From: Candidatus Hydrogenedentota bacterium
Lineage (GTDB): Bacteria; Hydrogenedentota; Hydrogenedentia; Hydrogenedentales; JAEUWI01
Reading direction: 5' to 3'
NCBI GenBank assembly: GCA_034669905.1
Contig: JAXMOL010000001.1
Span: forward strand, 1-64,000
DNA length: 64,000 nucleotides
The notes under the pieces were generated by a model. It was not told where the DNA came from. It searched no databases and was given only the letters and a program-made list of their open reading frames with translations. The position numbers were made by a program, and so were the translations under genes. This document shows positions 40,901-49,671 of the stretch, one piece after another (position 1 is the first letter of the stretch; the number at the start of each line of letters is the position of its first letter).

Positions 40901-41697
40901 CGGGGGCCGCCCACGCGATTAAACTTGGCGACCATGACGGCATCGTCGGGAATCGTGCGATGAATGGCGATGGCGTCCAGGGCACCATGAAAACTGTTGC
41001 CGGGATTGCCTCCCAGCGATGAACCTATCCAGATAGCATCATCGTCCACCACCGGGGCCGCGTGGGTTGCGCCCCCCATATCCCAGGTGCCCCCCGTGGC
41101 CTGCCCGTCGATCCAGCCCCGAATCGAGGCGGGGTCGCCAAAGCGATAGGAAACGGCGATATGGTGCCACCCGGTGACCACGTGAAAACCCGTCTTCGAA
41201 GTCCAGCGGTGCCACTGGCTCCCACCCGCTCCCGGGCCCGACCGAAAGAGAAAGCTCAGTTTCCCGACGCCCCCATCGGCCCCCACCACACGCAGCGCCC
41301 AATTCTGATTGTCTTTGGGAAAGCGGGGATTATTGGTGCGGCCTTTGCCCACCACATACATGGGCTGGCCCGTGCGGATTTCCCCGATGTTTACCCAGGC
41401 CTCCAGGGTAATGGCGTCGCCATTCTTAAAGTCGAAGGGACTGTCTGCACCGGGGTCGTCTACCGCGAGATAGCTGCCCTCCCCATCCAGATACACGGCG
41501 GTGTTATGGGCGGGAAAGTCGGGAAACTCGGGCGCGACGGGTCCCGCCTGATCCCGTTTCACGCCACCATGGGCCGCCAGGGGAGTGGTTTCTTCCGTGC
41601 CAAAATCCCAGCGGGCGGCCAGGGTAGACTCCGCCCCGTGGGTCGTCCCAATCAGGCCCAGGGCCAGTCCCACAACAGCTATTCGTTTCCAACACAT
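37969..41697 (-). CDS. LamG + planctomycete cytochrome c + DUF1549/DUF1553 protein (paralog 1)
   Basis: Signal peptide; same motif order as the adjacent paralog (CFRCH, CARCH, RRLTAEQVVDS). Confidence 0.88.
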   Translation of the reverse strand: MCWKRIAVVGLALGLIGTTHGAESTLAARWDFGTEETTPLAAHGGVKRDQAGPVAPEFPDFPAHNTAVYLDGEGSYLAVDDPGADSPFDFKNGDAITLEAWVNIGEIRTGQPMYVVGKGRTNNPRFPKDNQNWALRVVGADGGVGKLSFLFRSGPGAGGSQWHRWTSKTGFHVVTGWHHIAVSYRFGDPASIRGWIDGQATGGTWDMGGATHAAPVVDDDAIWIGSSLGGNPGNSFHGALDAIAIHRTIPDDAVMVAKFNRVGGPRVIGPLPEVMPVFDALPPGKVLMTFSEGMATHVRWLNEGEAFPEETLRWSGDAFLLPRIPLRYDTWGIRDSWRAPVLVRMAADVTLPPGTHRFLVRARALGRLWVDGEIIARTEAMTKQPPNGEEPVTPLAVPPHPGLRVPGYRLQEVFGEVTFPEDGPAVHRVVFETVVGGKNIRTESGETLVAVETPDGQSFDVLQAHGSDAALPLTDNAVAPVLARAERSLGQFDDANRQAAAASRTAHWQERHDFARNWVAEQPAPPAPVGASAATAHPVDAFLLRKIAVAQEAASGDNLERARHFHTTVLPILQEGCFRCHGEKEKGGLRLNSRDGVLGAGDSEIPAVVPGDLVASELINRIRSTDEDVRMPPTGTGLPPEQVAALEAWVTDGAPWPASPDAAADTALAPVVSDAAFLRRLFLDTVGLPPTEGELRDFLADADPYKRFTWVDRMVADERSAHHWMGYWMDILAENPTIINASLNSTGPFRWFLLDALRDNKPLDQMITELILMRGSRHEGGSAGFSMAAENDAPMAAKGHILASAFLGVEMQCARCHDAPYHSSTQRDLFSLAAMLSRKAVSAPKSSTVPAAFFATMDREPLIRVTLKPGEAVEPVWPFEKITGATDGEAIDALMETPEDARERLATLITAPQNERFAEVMVNRVWKRLMGAGIVEPVHDWEGHPASHPELLQWLAREFVAHDYDLRHIMRLIMTSDAYQREAIGKNLDATPEQRFFNAPEPRRLTAEQVVDSLFAATGTTMDVEELTFVHDGRRPVSNRLTLGTPYRAWMFASLANERDRPSLTLPRAQAVSDVLEAFGWTGSRQQPVTHRETEPNVLQPGILANGTLSLSLTRAAAGSTLADLAVEATAPEGLVDTLFLRFLGRLPHEAERAVFAETIAAGFVERIVPAEARPALPKEEPLPLVTWFNHLQSDANTIQQQIEQRVRRGPPADPRLEPDWRERYEDLVWSLVNHREFVWVS

Positions 41698-41913
41698 AGA
41701 CTAAAACACTCCCAGAATTCTCGATAAGGCATCGTCCACCCATCGTGCCGTCGGCAGTGGACGCTCACAGTATCCTGACATTGCTACGGAACGGTATGCA
41801 AGAGCGCGGTGCCATAGCAACGGCACGGGAAGGAAGGCGGAAAGCCTGATTTCGGACCCAATACGCCCATGAAACCCACGGGGACGCCCGAATCTATGGA
41901 CTCGGGGCGCGGG

Positions 41914-41970
41914 CCCGCCGCTTGTCCTCCACGCACACGAAACCTCGTTGCACCCGGCATCGCGTGGCAC
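41914..41970. repeat. Dispersed 57-bp intergenic motif, copy 1
   Basis: 45/57 ungapped identity with 46765-46821. Confidence 0.7.
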
Positions 41971-42160
41971 AGGGCCTCCAATCTGGGGTTGGGTAGACGC
42001 CCCCGTTGTCACAGGACGGCACCCCGATACCCTGCTGGATTCCCGCGCAGGCCAAAAACGGTGACGGGATCTTGACATCGCTGCCGGGGCTTTGCTCCAA
42101 TGGTCGCTCTACTGTCTCGTGGTGTGTCTGCCACAAGTCCTTGCCACACGGAGGTTTTAC

Positions 42161-42742
42161 GTGTCGACCCAACTCACGAAACGTGATCCCTGGCGCTGGC
42201 CGATGATCCTGCTCTGGGGACTCTTTTTCGCCATCGGTCTCTGGCCAGAGTTCAGCTACTCCCTTTTGCGCAGTGCCGGGTATGTCTTTTCACAGAATGC
42301 CATCGTCAATTCCTATCACTTCATTACGTGGTGCCTCACCGGTTTTGTCGTGCACTTTGTGTATCACCGGTGCCTGGAAGCCCGCGTCCCTTCCATCGAA
42401 GCCCTGGGAAAAGCCCTCCAGTTGGGCGTCATGGCCTTTGTGGCCTTCATCGATATTCCCCTGCAGCAGATTCCGGCCATTCGTGACACGACCAGTCTGT
42501 CGCTCGTGCTCGGCATGACCCTGACCAAGCTGCTTTGCTGGCTCTATCTCTATCTACTTTTCGTGCGCTATCACTGGCGTCGCAATCCGAAGATCATCTC
42601 TTTGTCCTTGAATTGGCTCGCCCTCGGCGCCCAGCCTGCTCAAAAGTCGGCCGTGACCGATAGGGAGCCGCCATCGGGAGACCCGGAGCGCCCCTCGGGA
42701 CGGGGAAATTCGCTCAATGAATCGGCGGACCGTCAGGCCTGA
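42161..42742 (+). CDS. Membrane protein of unknown function
   Basis: GGAGG RBS before GTG 42161; about 4 TM helices. Confidence 0.65.
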   Translation: MSTQLTKRDPWRWPMILLWGLFFAIGLWPEFSYSLLRSAGYVFSQNAIVNSYHFITWCLTGFVVHFVYHRCLEARVPSIEALGKALQLGVMAFVAFIDIPLQQIPAIRDTTSLSLVLGMTLTKLLCWLYLYLLFVRYHWRRNPKIISLSLNWLALGAQPAQKSAVTDREPPSGDPERPSGRGNSLNESADRQA

Positions 42743-42905
42743 TTCCGCGGGCTGTCAACGAAACGCCACGAATCACGTTACCTAGATGACGGGAACCTTT
42801 CGTGTCCAGGTCAGGTCGGAGGAGGTCTGCCCGGATTGATATGTGGAAATCGGGAACCCCGCGGCGGGTTATGCGCTGTGTGGACCAACCTGTGGAACGC
42901 CGGTA

Positions 42906-43979
42906 ATGTGGAATAGCACTTTTTTGACGCAACGCAATCCTGGGAACGCTTCGCGCGGTTTCGCCGGACTCACCTTTTTCGCCACCCTCATCGCCGTGGT
43001 CGGTGCCTCTGCCGGGACCTTGCGCCTGGGCACACCGACGATTAACAACAACCAATACACCTTCCCAGTGGTTTTACAGGGGGACGCGGAGGGGGTTGCC
43101 GCCCTGGACTTTCGTCTCGCCTATGACCCCGCCGTCTTCAATCCCGTCAGTGCTCAGTCGGGTACCACCGCCCTGCAGGCCCAGAAGCAGGTGAGCTCCA
43201 ACATCGCGGCACCGGGCGAATTCGTGGTCGTACTCATGGGCTTCAACCAGAACACCGTTGGCGCTGGAGAAGTGGTCGAAGTGGTGCTGGAGAAAATCGG
43301 CGAGCCAAGCGGGGGGGCCACCACGCTGCGCATTGCCGAACCCACCTTGGCGACCAACGTCGGCATCGAAGTGGACTCCCGCGGCATCGGCCGCACGTTA
43401 CGTTTTGAAACGGACGAGGTCAAGGATTCCGAAGCCGAGACCGAATCGGATACGACGCCGGAATCCCCCGACTCATCCAAGGGAAACACCCCGGAAGCCA
43501 ACAGCGAACCGGGATCGGAAACCGTCTATCCCAGTGGCCCCCTCTTCGTGGCCCGTGCGGAACAGCCCTCCGTAGCGGGTGACGGGGACACCACCGGTGC
43601 CAACCAATCGGGTAGGGGCGAGACGGGCGCACCATCGGATTCCGGAAACGCAGCCCCTCCCACTTCGCAGCCCGGGAACGGAGATGGCGCCACGGGTTTC
43701 ACCACGGGCATGGCCATCTCGGAGACGTCCCAATCTGAAAAAGTTACTCGGCTCACCGGGTCAGATGCTGCGAAAAACGCCCCTGCAGCGCCCATGGACG
43801 CGGAAATTTCGGCATCACAACCCCTTGATTCAAAAGCACTTAACGACACCAATCAAGAAAAGCTCGTATCGGACGAAAAAAAGAGTAGACATGGGGTCCC
43901 AAAATACGCTACACTTCTGTTGCTCGCGGTAAGTATCCCCGTCGGGTTACTGGCGATTCTTCGCATAGCGGGCAAGTAA
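42906..43979 (+). CDS. Cohesin-domain surface protein with low-complexity stalk and C-terminal TM anchor
   Basis: Signal-like segment; FPVVL...VAALDFRLAYDPAVF cohesin-like motif; S/T/P/G-rich linker; TM helix ending in basic residues; start uncertain. Confidence 0.7.
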   Translation: MWNSTFLTQRNPGNASRGFAGLTFFATLIAVVGASAGTLRLGTPTINNNQYTFPVVLQGDAEGVAALDFRLAYDPAVFNPVSAQSGTTALQAQKQVSSNIAAPGEFVVVLMGFNQNTVGAGEVVEVVLEKIGEPSGGATTLRIAEPTLATNVGIEVDSRGIGRTLRFETDEVKDSEAETESDTTPESPDSSKGNTPEANSEPGSETVYPSGPLFVARAEQPSVAGDGDTTGANQSGRGETGAPSDSGNAAPPTSQPGNGDGATGFTTGMAISETSQSEKVTRLTGSDAAKNAPAAPMDAEISASQPLDSKALNDTNQEKLVSDEKKSRHGVPKYATLLLLAVSIPVGLLAILRIAGK

Positions 43980-44042
43980 CTCAGTTTAATCCCACTACGG
44001 TGGTTATGATCTCTGCGGTCTGCTTGCAGACCGCACCTCACC

Positions 44043-44114
44043 GGAGATGTCGGATGCCCCCTCCGGCATCTCCTCCTTGGAATAAGCGAACCCCATGGGC
44101 CTCGGCCCATGGGG
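44043..44114. repeat. Two adjacent REP-like hairpins between convergent genes
   Basis: ggagatgtcgga...tccggcatctcc and ccccatgggc-ctcg-gcccatgggg. Confidence 0.55.
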
Positions 44115-44314
44115 TATTCCTTTATCTGGATGAATTAGTGTGTGGGAAGGGGATTTGCGCCCGGCTCAGGCTTGGACCTTGATGCCGTGACGCAATCCGA
44201 TCTCCCGACACGCCCACGAACCGGGAATACCGGATCGCGCGGCGCGATTGTTGGGCTCCCTTTACCTTGGCGGTGCGGGTCTTGCTGCCCAATCCCTCTC
44301 CCGGCACTTCCTCC

Positions 44315-45352
44315 TCAAGCCCCACCGACGGCCAGGACGATCTTCCCGAATTGCTCCCCGGCCTCCATCCGTGCCTGGGCGTCCCGCGCAGACGCCAGGG
44401 GATACTCGCTGTCAATGACCGGCTTGAGTCCACTCGCCGACACGGCGGACAGTAAGGCCCGAAAGTCTTCGTGGGAACCCATGGTGGAGCCCATGATGTT
44501 CAACTGCTTCCAATAGATGGCCGAGATGTTCGCCTCCACATGGGCGCCCGTGGTCACGCCGCAATGAACGATGCGCCCACCCTTGCGACAGGCTTCGATG
44601 TTCACCGGCCAGGTCGCGGCACCCACCGCATCGATCACGACGTCCACCCCGCGCCCATCGGTAATCTCCAGGATGTCCTCCACCATATTATTGCGCCCAT
44701 ACTGCAGACCATGGTTCGCCCCATAATCACCGGCACGAGAAAGCTTGTCCACCGTGGAAGAGGTCACGATACTTTTGGCACCGGCCAGCTCGGCCAATTG
44801 GAGGGCTGCCAAGGCCACTCCGCCGCCGATACCGTGTATGAGTACGGTCTCCCCGGCGCGGAGTTGGGCCCGGCTCATGAGCATGCGCCAGGCAGTCATG
44901 TACGCCAGGGGCAACGCGGCCGCTTCGCTCCAGGACAGATGGGAGGGCTTTTCCTGGAGATTGGTGGCCGGCACGGCAACCTGCTCGGCAAAGGTGCCCG
45001 GCCGCCCCATCCCCACGATGCTGAACTCGGGGCATTCACTTTGCTCGCCCCGCCCGCAAAAATCACACTGCCCGCAGGAAAGACCGGGATTGATGATGAC
45101 TTCATCTCCCACCGACCAACGGGCCACGCCATCCCCCACCGCCTTCACCACGCCGGCGGCATCGGAACCCAGCACATGGGGAAAGGGCAGGGGCGCACCG
45201 GCCCGACCGTTTCGCATCCAGATATCCAGATGATTGAGCGCGGCCGCCTTCACTTCCACCACCACCTCCCCCGCCACAGCGGCGGGTTCGGGCACCGTTA
45301 ATTCCTTCACCTTACCGATATCGCCGTGGGCTTCGATTCCTGCTGCTTTCAC
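44315..45352 (-). CDS. Zinc-binding dehydrogenase (MDR family)
   Basis: AALNHLD, GSDAAG, CGQCDFCGRGEQSEC structural Zn site, GIGGGVA, GKIVL. Confidence 0.9.
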   Translation of the reverse strand: MKAAGIEAHGDIGKVKELTVPEPAAVAGEVVVEVKAAALNHLDIWMRNGRAGAPLPFPHVLGSDAAGVVKAVGDGVARWSVGDEVIINPGLSCGQCDFCGRGEQSECPEFSIVGMGRPGTFAEQVAVPATNLQEKPSHLSWSEAAALPLAYMTAWRMLMSRAQLRAGETVLIHGIGGGVALAALQLAELAGAKSIVTSSTVDKLSRAGDYGANHGLQYGRNNMVEDILEITDGRGVDVVIDAVGAATWPVNIEACRKGGRIVHCGVTTGAHVEANISAIYWKQLNIMGSTMGSHEDFRALLSAVSASGLKPVIDSEYPLASARDAQARMEAGEQFGKIVLAVGGA

Positions 45353-45572
45353 TATTATCTCCTTGGCAATAATTTTCTATTGCGTTTTACCTGCCACTTC
45401 CGTTATGATGGCGTAATACCCGAAGAATTATGACAATCGGGTAACGAATATGTACTTATTTGCTGCGTCAGTGTAACAAACTGGAGCAAAAAAAGTATAT
45501 TAGTCAGGTGTCTCTCGGTTGAGGCACACAGAAATTGGGTTTGTTGTCGAGCAAATCTAGCAATGTCAACAC

Positions 45573-45602
45573 TTGACAAGCTGCTTTCGCTTCGCATATA
45601 AT
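45573..45602 (+). promoter_or_regulatory. Consensus sigma70 promoter
   Basis: TTGACA-18 nt-TATAAT in an AT-rich intergenic region. Confidence 0.75.
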
Positions 45603-45693
45603 GCGCGGCAAGTAGATGGTCGGGTTATTTGGCAGGGGTATGCGCCCCGTGCTTAGTAGTTTTCTCGACTAGAATTGGAATGGAGATTCGCTT

Positions 45694-46428
45694 ATGAAAG
45701 GGATAGGGATGAAAAGATTCTCAGGTATTTCCGTAGCTGTAGCCGTCATGGCCGCAGCCACACTCGCAGGTTGCCCGAAACCGGCAACGACCGACAACCA
45801 GTCGCAGAACTTCGCCGCTGGCGCTGCGAAAACCAACTTGGAAGGCAAGCAGCTGTACTTCCAGCCTGATGGCAGCATCAGCTTCTACAGCCGCACGGTC
45901 ACCGACGGCATCACGGCTTTCGGCGTACCGACCGCCGGACAGGCAATCGTCGACTTCAGCGTTGCTGACCCCTTCGTACTGAACCTGGCCGCTGGCTCTG
46001 AAGTTCTGTACTACGGTCAGTCCTTCAGCACGCTGTACATCGGTTCCGACGGCACGATCTCCTTCGGCGTTCCCGGATCGGGCAATGCCAGCGTAACCGA
46101 CCACTTCAGCTCCAAGCAGATTTCGCTTCTCCCCGTAGACGCGGCTGACGCTTCGGAAACCGGAACGGTCAGCTGGCAGGTCTTCACCGACTCCGTCGTT
46201 GTTACCTTCGACGCTGTTGACGGAAGCTCCTTCCAGGCTGAGTTCTTCATCTCCGGTGCCATGGACGAAGACATCGCCATCACCTACCCGACGGTCAGCG
46301 CGACTGCCGGTGGTGTGGTTGGTCTCTCCAACGGCCAGCTTGCTGGTTCGAACGCCGCTCAGATCGCTGCTTTCTTGAGCGCCTTCGGAACGGGTTCCGA
46401 CCTCGGAACGACGAACACGGGTTCCTGA
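45694..46428 (+). CDS. Lipoprotein with nidogen(NIDO)-like segment
   Basis: Lipobox LAGC; YYGQSFSTLYIGSDGTISFG motif; codon usage resembles rplL; start may be 45709. Confidence 0.7.
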   Translation: MKGIGMKRFSGISVAVAVMAAATLAGCPKPATTDNQSQNFAAGAAKTNLEGKQLYFQPDGSISFYSRTVTDGITAFGVPTAGQAIVDFSVADPFVLNLAAGSEVLYYGQSFSTLYIGSDGTISFGVPGSGNASVTDHFSSKQISLLPVDAADASETGTVSWQVFTDSVVVTFDAVDGSSFQAEFFISGAMDEDIAITYPTVSATAGGVVGLSNGQLAGSNAAQIAAFLSAFGTGSDLGTTNTGS

Positions 46429-46451
46429 TAACCCCCACTAGCTAGAATGCC

Positions 46452-46486
46452 AAAGCGCCCTTTCTCTTAGAGAAAGGGCGCTTTTT
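46452..46486 (+). terminator. Rho-independent terminator
   Basis: AAAGCGCCCTTTCTC-TTA-GAGAAAGGGCGCTTT followed by T residues. Confidence 0.9.
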
Positions 46487-46764
46487 CTATGGGGAGCGCC
46501 TGTTTTATACGTCCCCCCCACGTATCGCCGGGTATTCTCTTTACATCGCCTGACAGCATTCGGCTTTCAGCGCAGCTCCCTGCTCGTCACACTTTCGCCA
46601 TACCTTCTCGAACTATCGGAGCCCCAGAGGGAGACGATAGTGAGCTTTGGGCGGTTTCGCGCGCACGATACCAATAGCGCCAAGGACCATGATGGTCGCC
46701 GGAGGCGGGGGGCACTTTCTCATCGCGACCAGAGGCGCCGGAATTAATTCCTTCTTGGCGAGAA

Positions 46765-46821
46765 CCCGCCATCCATCCTCCACGCACACGAAAGCTCGTG
46801 GCACTCATTATCGCGTGGCGC
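46765..46821. repeat. Dispersed 57-bp intergenic motif, copy 2
   Basis: 45/57 ungapped identity with 41914-41970. Confidence 0.7.
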
Positions 46822-46927
46822 GGCGTTTGTACCGGGGATCACCCTTCGCGAAGTTGACGGGACGGGAGCCAGGAACACATCTACTAGTGGTCTGAATCGC
46901 AGTTGAAGACTTTTATTCTTTCATAAA

Positions 46928-47267
46928 ATGAATCGGGCTTTCAGCCCTGTCCATATTCGTTGGTTCGTATTCCTGGGGCTTCGCCCCAGGCTGATATGGG
47001 GCGCGCCTTTGGCGCTGAACAAATCGCCTTTGCAGTTTCCATTTTTTAGGGCCAACGGCCCGGCTACATACCAGCCCTGTCCATATTCGTTGGTTCGTAT
47101 TCCTGGGGCTTCGCCCCAGGCTGATAGGGGGCGCGCCTTTGGCGCTGAACAAATCGCCTTTGCAGTTTCCATTTTTTAGGGTCAACGGCCCGGCTACATA
47201 CCAGCATGGGGCAAAGCCCCATGTTTTCGGACTCTTTCATTCACAGAGGGCTGAAAGCCCGTCTCAT
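46928..47267. repeat. REP/BIME-like composite element with 130-bp tandem duplication
   Basis: Outer inverted repeats cgggctttcagccct / agggctgaaagcccg; near-identical units 46942-47071 and 47072-47201; internal hairpins cctggggc-ttc-gccccagg. Confidence 0.85.
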
Positions 47268-47354
47268 AGATCGTCGCTGGAACCCATATCGGTTCCCCAA
47301 TCTATATCGGACCCGTAAGAAGGCGATCTATAACGTCCCATCTGCTTGAATCAG

Positions 47355-47549
47355 CCCCCTGGAAGGTCGTGACTGCCCCTTCATGAAAGGTTCATGGCAG
47401 CATTTCGGGTGCTGAGAGAAGGTCGTAGAGCGCGCTCCCCAGGAACGCGGGTCGAAGACGCGCCGCAGGAGAGTTCGCGCGTCGGGGCCGTTGGCGATAC
47501 GTTCCCTGAACTGAGAGAGCCCGGTGATTACCGCACCCTTCGGAGGAGG
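47355..47549. ncRNA. Candidate ~195-nt rod-like structured RNA (unassigned)
   Basis: Nested complementary segments across the whole region; no convincing ORF. Confidence 0.3.
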
Positions 47550-47780
47550 TCTTATTCCTGCAACGCCCATTGGAAATCTCCCACGAACCCGTCAGACCCG
47601 TTGAAACTCGCCTTTTGCGGATCGCGCGGCACCAATAACGCTCGTGTCTACGCAAGAGAGACTTTCCCCACTTTTTGCCCATAGAACCATAGAAAAACCG
47701 ACCAACGTGACCTGTGAGACACACGTGGTCGGTAAACGCTTGTACAGGCGGGCGCGCAGGGCCCGCCGAATGCAATCGGG

Positions 47781-47927
47781 TCAGTCTTTTTCCAGCACGA
47801 CAAGGAAGTCGTTGTAACTCTGGCCATTGTTGGCCGTCACCATCACCACGTTCCACCCGTCTTGGAGGAGATCCTCCAAGTCATGTTTCCCGGTACCATT
47901 CGACTGAATAATCAACGCACGCTGCAT
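47781..47927 (-). CDS. 48-aa small protein, paralog of 26228-26374
   Basis: AGGAG RBS; MQRALIIQSNGTGKHDLEDLLQDGWNVVMVTANNGQSYNDFLVVLEKD; below the ORF-track size cutoff. Confidence 0.8.
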   Translation of the reverse strand: MQRALIIQSNGTGKHDLEDLLQDGWNVVMVTANNGQSYNDFLVVLEKD

Positions 47928-47944
47928 ACTACAACTCCTGCATG

Positions 47945-48691
47945 TTAATCGATGTTTGTGGCGTCAGAACCCTGATCCCGAGTCGACGCCATCCCCTGAG
48001 GATAGAAACTACTAAGATACGTGAGTGTATCCTGACAATTCAACTGTCCCGGGGCCGTCGGCTCTCCGAGAAAAGTGTAGGTAATAAGGGAGCCCAACGC
48101 GGGGAAAAAAATGCGCGACGCCATCCCATAAGGCCCCATACCCACCACAATCACCTGCTCACTGCGATGGGCCAAGGTGAATTCGGCGAGGCGGCAGGCG
48201 TCCTCCGGGCTATTGCACCGGGCAGCCACCTTAACAATGTCTACCCCCTGACTACGCCCCTGGGCGTGCACCGCTTCGAGACGCTCCTGGGTGGGCGTGG
48301 CATCAAAGTCGTGAAAGGAACCAATCACCAGGCGGCCAGCGTCGTGTGCCGCGGCCACCACCGATTCGGTGATGGACCCCACCGCAATTTCGACGTCAAC
48401 GGCATCCACATGGGGAATGACCGCCCGAAAACAGGCGAGCCGCGCTGCCTCTGGCCCCTGCCATCCTCCCCCCTCTTCGGCATGGCGAATCGTGGCCAGC
48501 AGGGGAAAACCGGTGTAGCGCTGTGCGAAGGCCTGGGCAGCGGCCGGTGCGGGATCTTCGAGGGCATCCAGCCGAAGCTCGATGATGGCTCCGGGGGCCG
48601 CATCGCGGAGGGCCTGGGGCGCTTCAGCCCGCTGTATGGCAATCGCCACAGCCGGCCGGGGGCCCAATTCAATTGCTCCAAGGCGTAGCAT
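47945..48691 (-). CDS. aroD: Type I 3-dehydroquinate dehydratase
   Basis: IELRLD, LATIRHAEEGG, VDVEI, GSFHDF, IVKVA, MGPYGMASR, APGQ. Confidence 0.9.
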   Translation of the reverse strand: MLRLGAIELGPRPAVAIAIQRAEAPQALRDAAPGAIIELRLDALEDPAPAAAQAFAQRYTGFPLLATIRHAEEGGGWQGPEAARLACFRAVIPHVDAVDVEIAVGSITESVVAAAHDAGRLVIGSFHDFDATPTQERLEAVHAQGRSQGVDIVKVAARCNSPEDACRLAEFTLAHRSEQVIVVGMGPYGMASRIFFPALGSLITYTFLGEPTAPGQLNCQDTLTYLSSFYPQGMASTRDQGSDATNID

Positions 48692-48740
48692 ATCGTTTCA
48701 ATTCCTCTTGCCGTTCTGCACGTCATCGACGCATGGGGCA

Positions 48741-49667
48741 TTACTTATCTTTGGCGGTCTTGCGCGCCCATTCCTCGGCCAGCCGCGGGCGCTCTTTCCA
48801 GCGGCGGTGCAGCCAGAGCCATTGCTCCGGATGGGTCCGCACAATGGCCTCGATCGCATCCTGGCAGCGTTGGGAATTCTTCACCAGGTCCGCCCGTAAA
48901 TCTTTGGTCCGTTCCATTTCGATGGTCGGGTAGAAGCGCAGGGTATAGCTGTGATCGGGATTTCGCGCAACGGACAAGGGCAAAATGGGAACCTTGGCCC
49001 GCACGGCGATCATAACGGGGGCAATGGTGGCCCAGCAAGGCTGGTCAAAAAACGTAACGGGTACCGCGCTGTCCCGGGGACTCTGATCGATCAAGACCCC
49101 CACCATGTAGCCCTCTTTCAGCACACGAATAATTTCTTTGCCGGCGTTGTCTTTGGGGATCGTCAACACGTCGTTGGCACGGCGTATTCCATCAATCGCC
49201 TGGTCCATGCGCGGGTCATCGAAGGGGCGGACCACCTCCGCGACCTTGAGGCCGGTGTGTGCCATGAAGGGGCCGGCCAATTCCCAATTACCCAGGTGGG
49301 CACCAATGCAAAGGTGTCCCACGCCCGGCTGGATGTGCTCCTCCCCCACGACGGTCACCTGGGCGCCGAGGGCGCCACCGTGCATGGTGGGAATGTGGGC
49401 CATCTCGGAAGCCACCAGGGCCACGTTGTCGATGGCCCCGCGAAAGAGTTTTTCCTTTTCTGCAGCGGAGAGGGAATCGCCATAGGCCCGGTCGATGTTT
49501 TCGCGGGTGACCTTGCGGACGCGGGGCACGAGGGGCGCCACAACACGGGCGATACGGAGGGCCAGCCAGCGGTTCCAGGTAAGGGGGAGCCGACGACTTA
49601 GCGCAAGAAAGGTGAGGGTGAATCCCGTGGCCAGCGCCTGCACCAGGGGGTTACGGCGTCGCGCCAT
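48741..49667 (-). CDS. Lipid A biosynthesis (HtrB/LpxL-like) lysophospholipid acyltransferase
   Basis: HLGNWE, LIDQ, VTFF, PEQWLWLHRRWK. Confidence 0.88.
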   Translation of the reverse strand: MARRRNPLVQALATGFTLTFLALSRRLPLTWNRWLALRIARVVAPLVPRVRKVTRENIDRAYGDSLSAAEKEKLFRGAIDNVALVASEMAHIPTMHGGALGAQVTVVGEEHIQPGVGHLCIGAHLGNWELAGPFMAHTGLKVAEVVRPFDDPRMDQAIDGIRRANDVLTIPKDNAGKEIIRVLKEGYMVGVLIDQSPRDSAVPVTFFDQPCWATIAPVMIAVRAKVPILPLSVARNPDHSYTLRFYPTIEMERTKDLRADLVKNSQRCQDAIEAIVRTHPEQWLWLHRRWKERPRLAEEWARKTAKDK

Positions 49668-49671
49668 AACC

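Noticed and set aside
46942..47205. Possible CRISPR array or repeat-protein ORFs
   Set aside because: Whole 130-bp units are duplicated with no unique spacers; the ORFs are translations of the palindromic element
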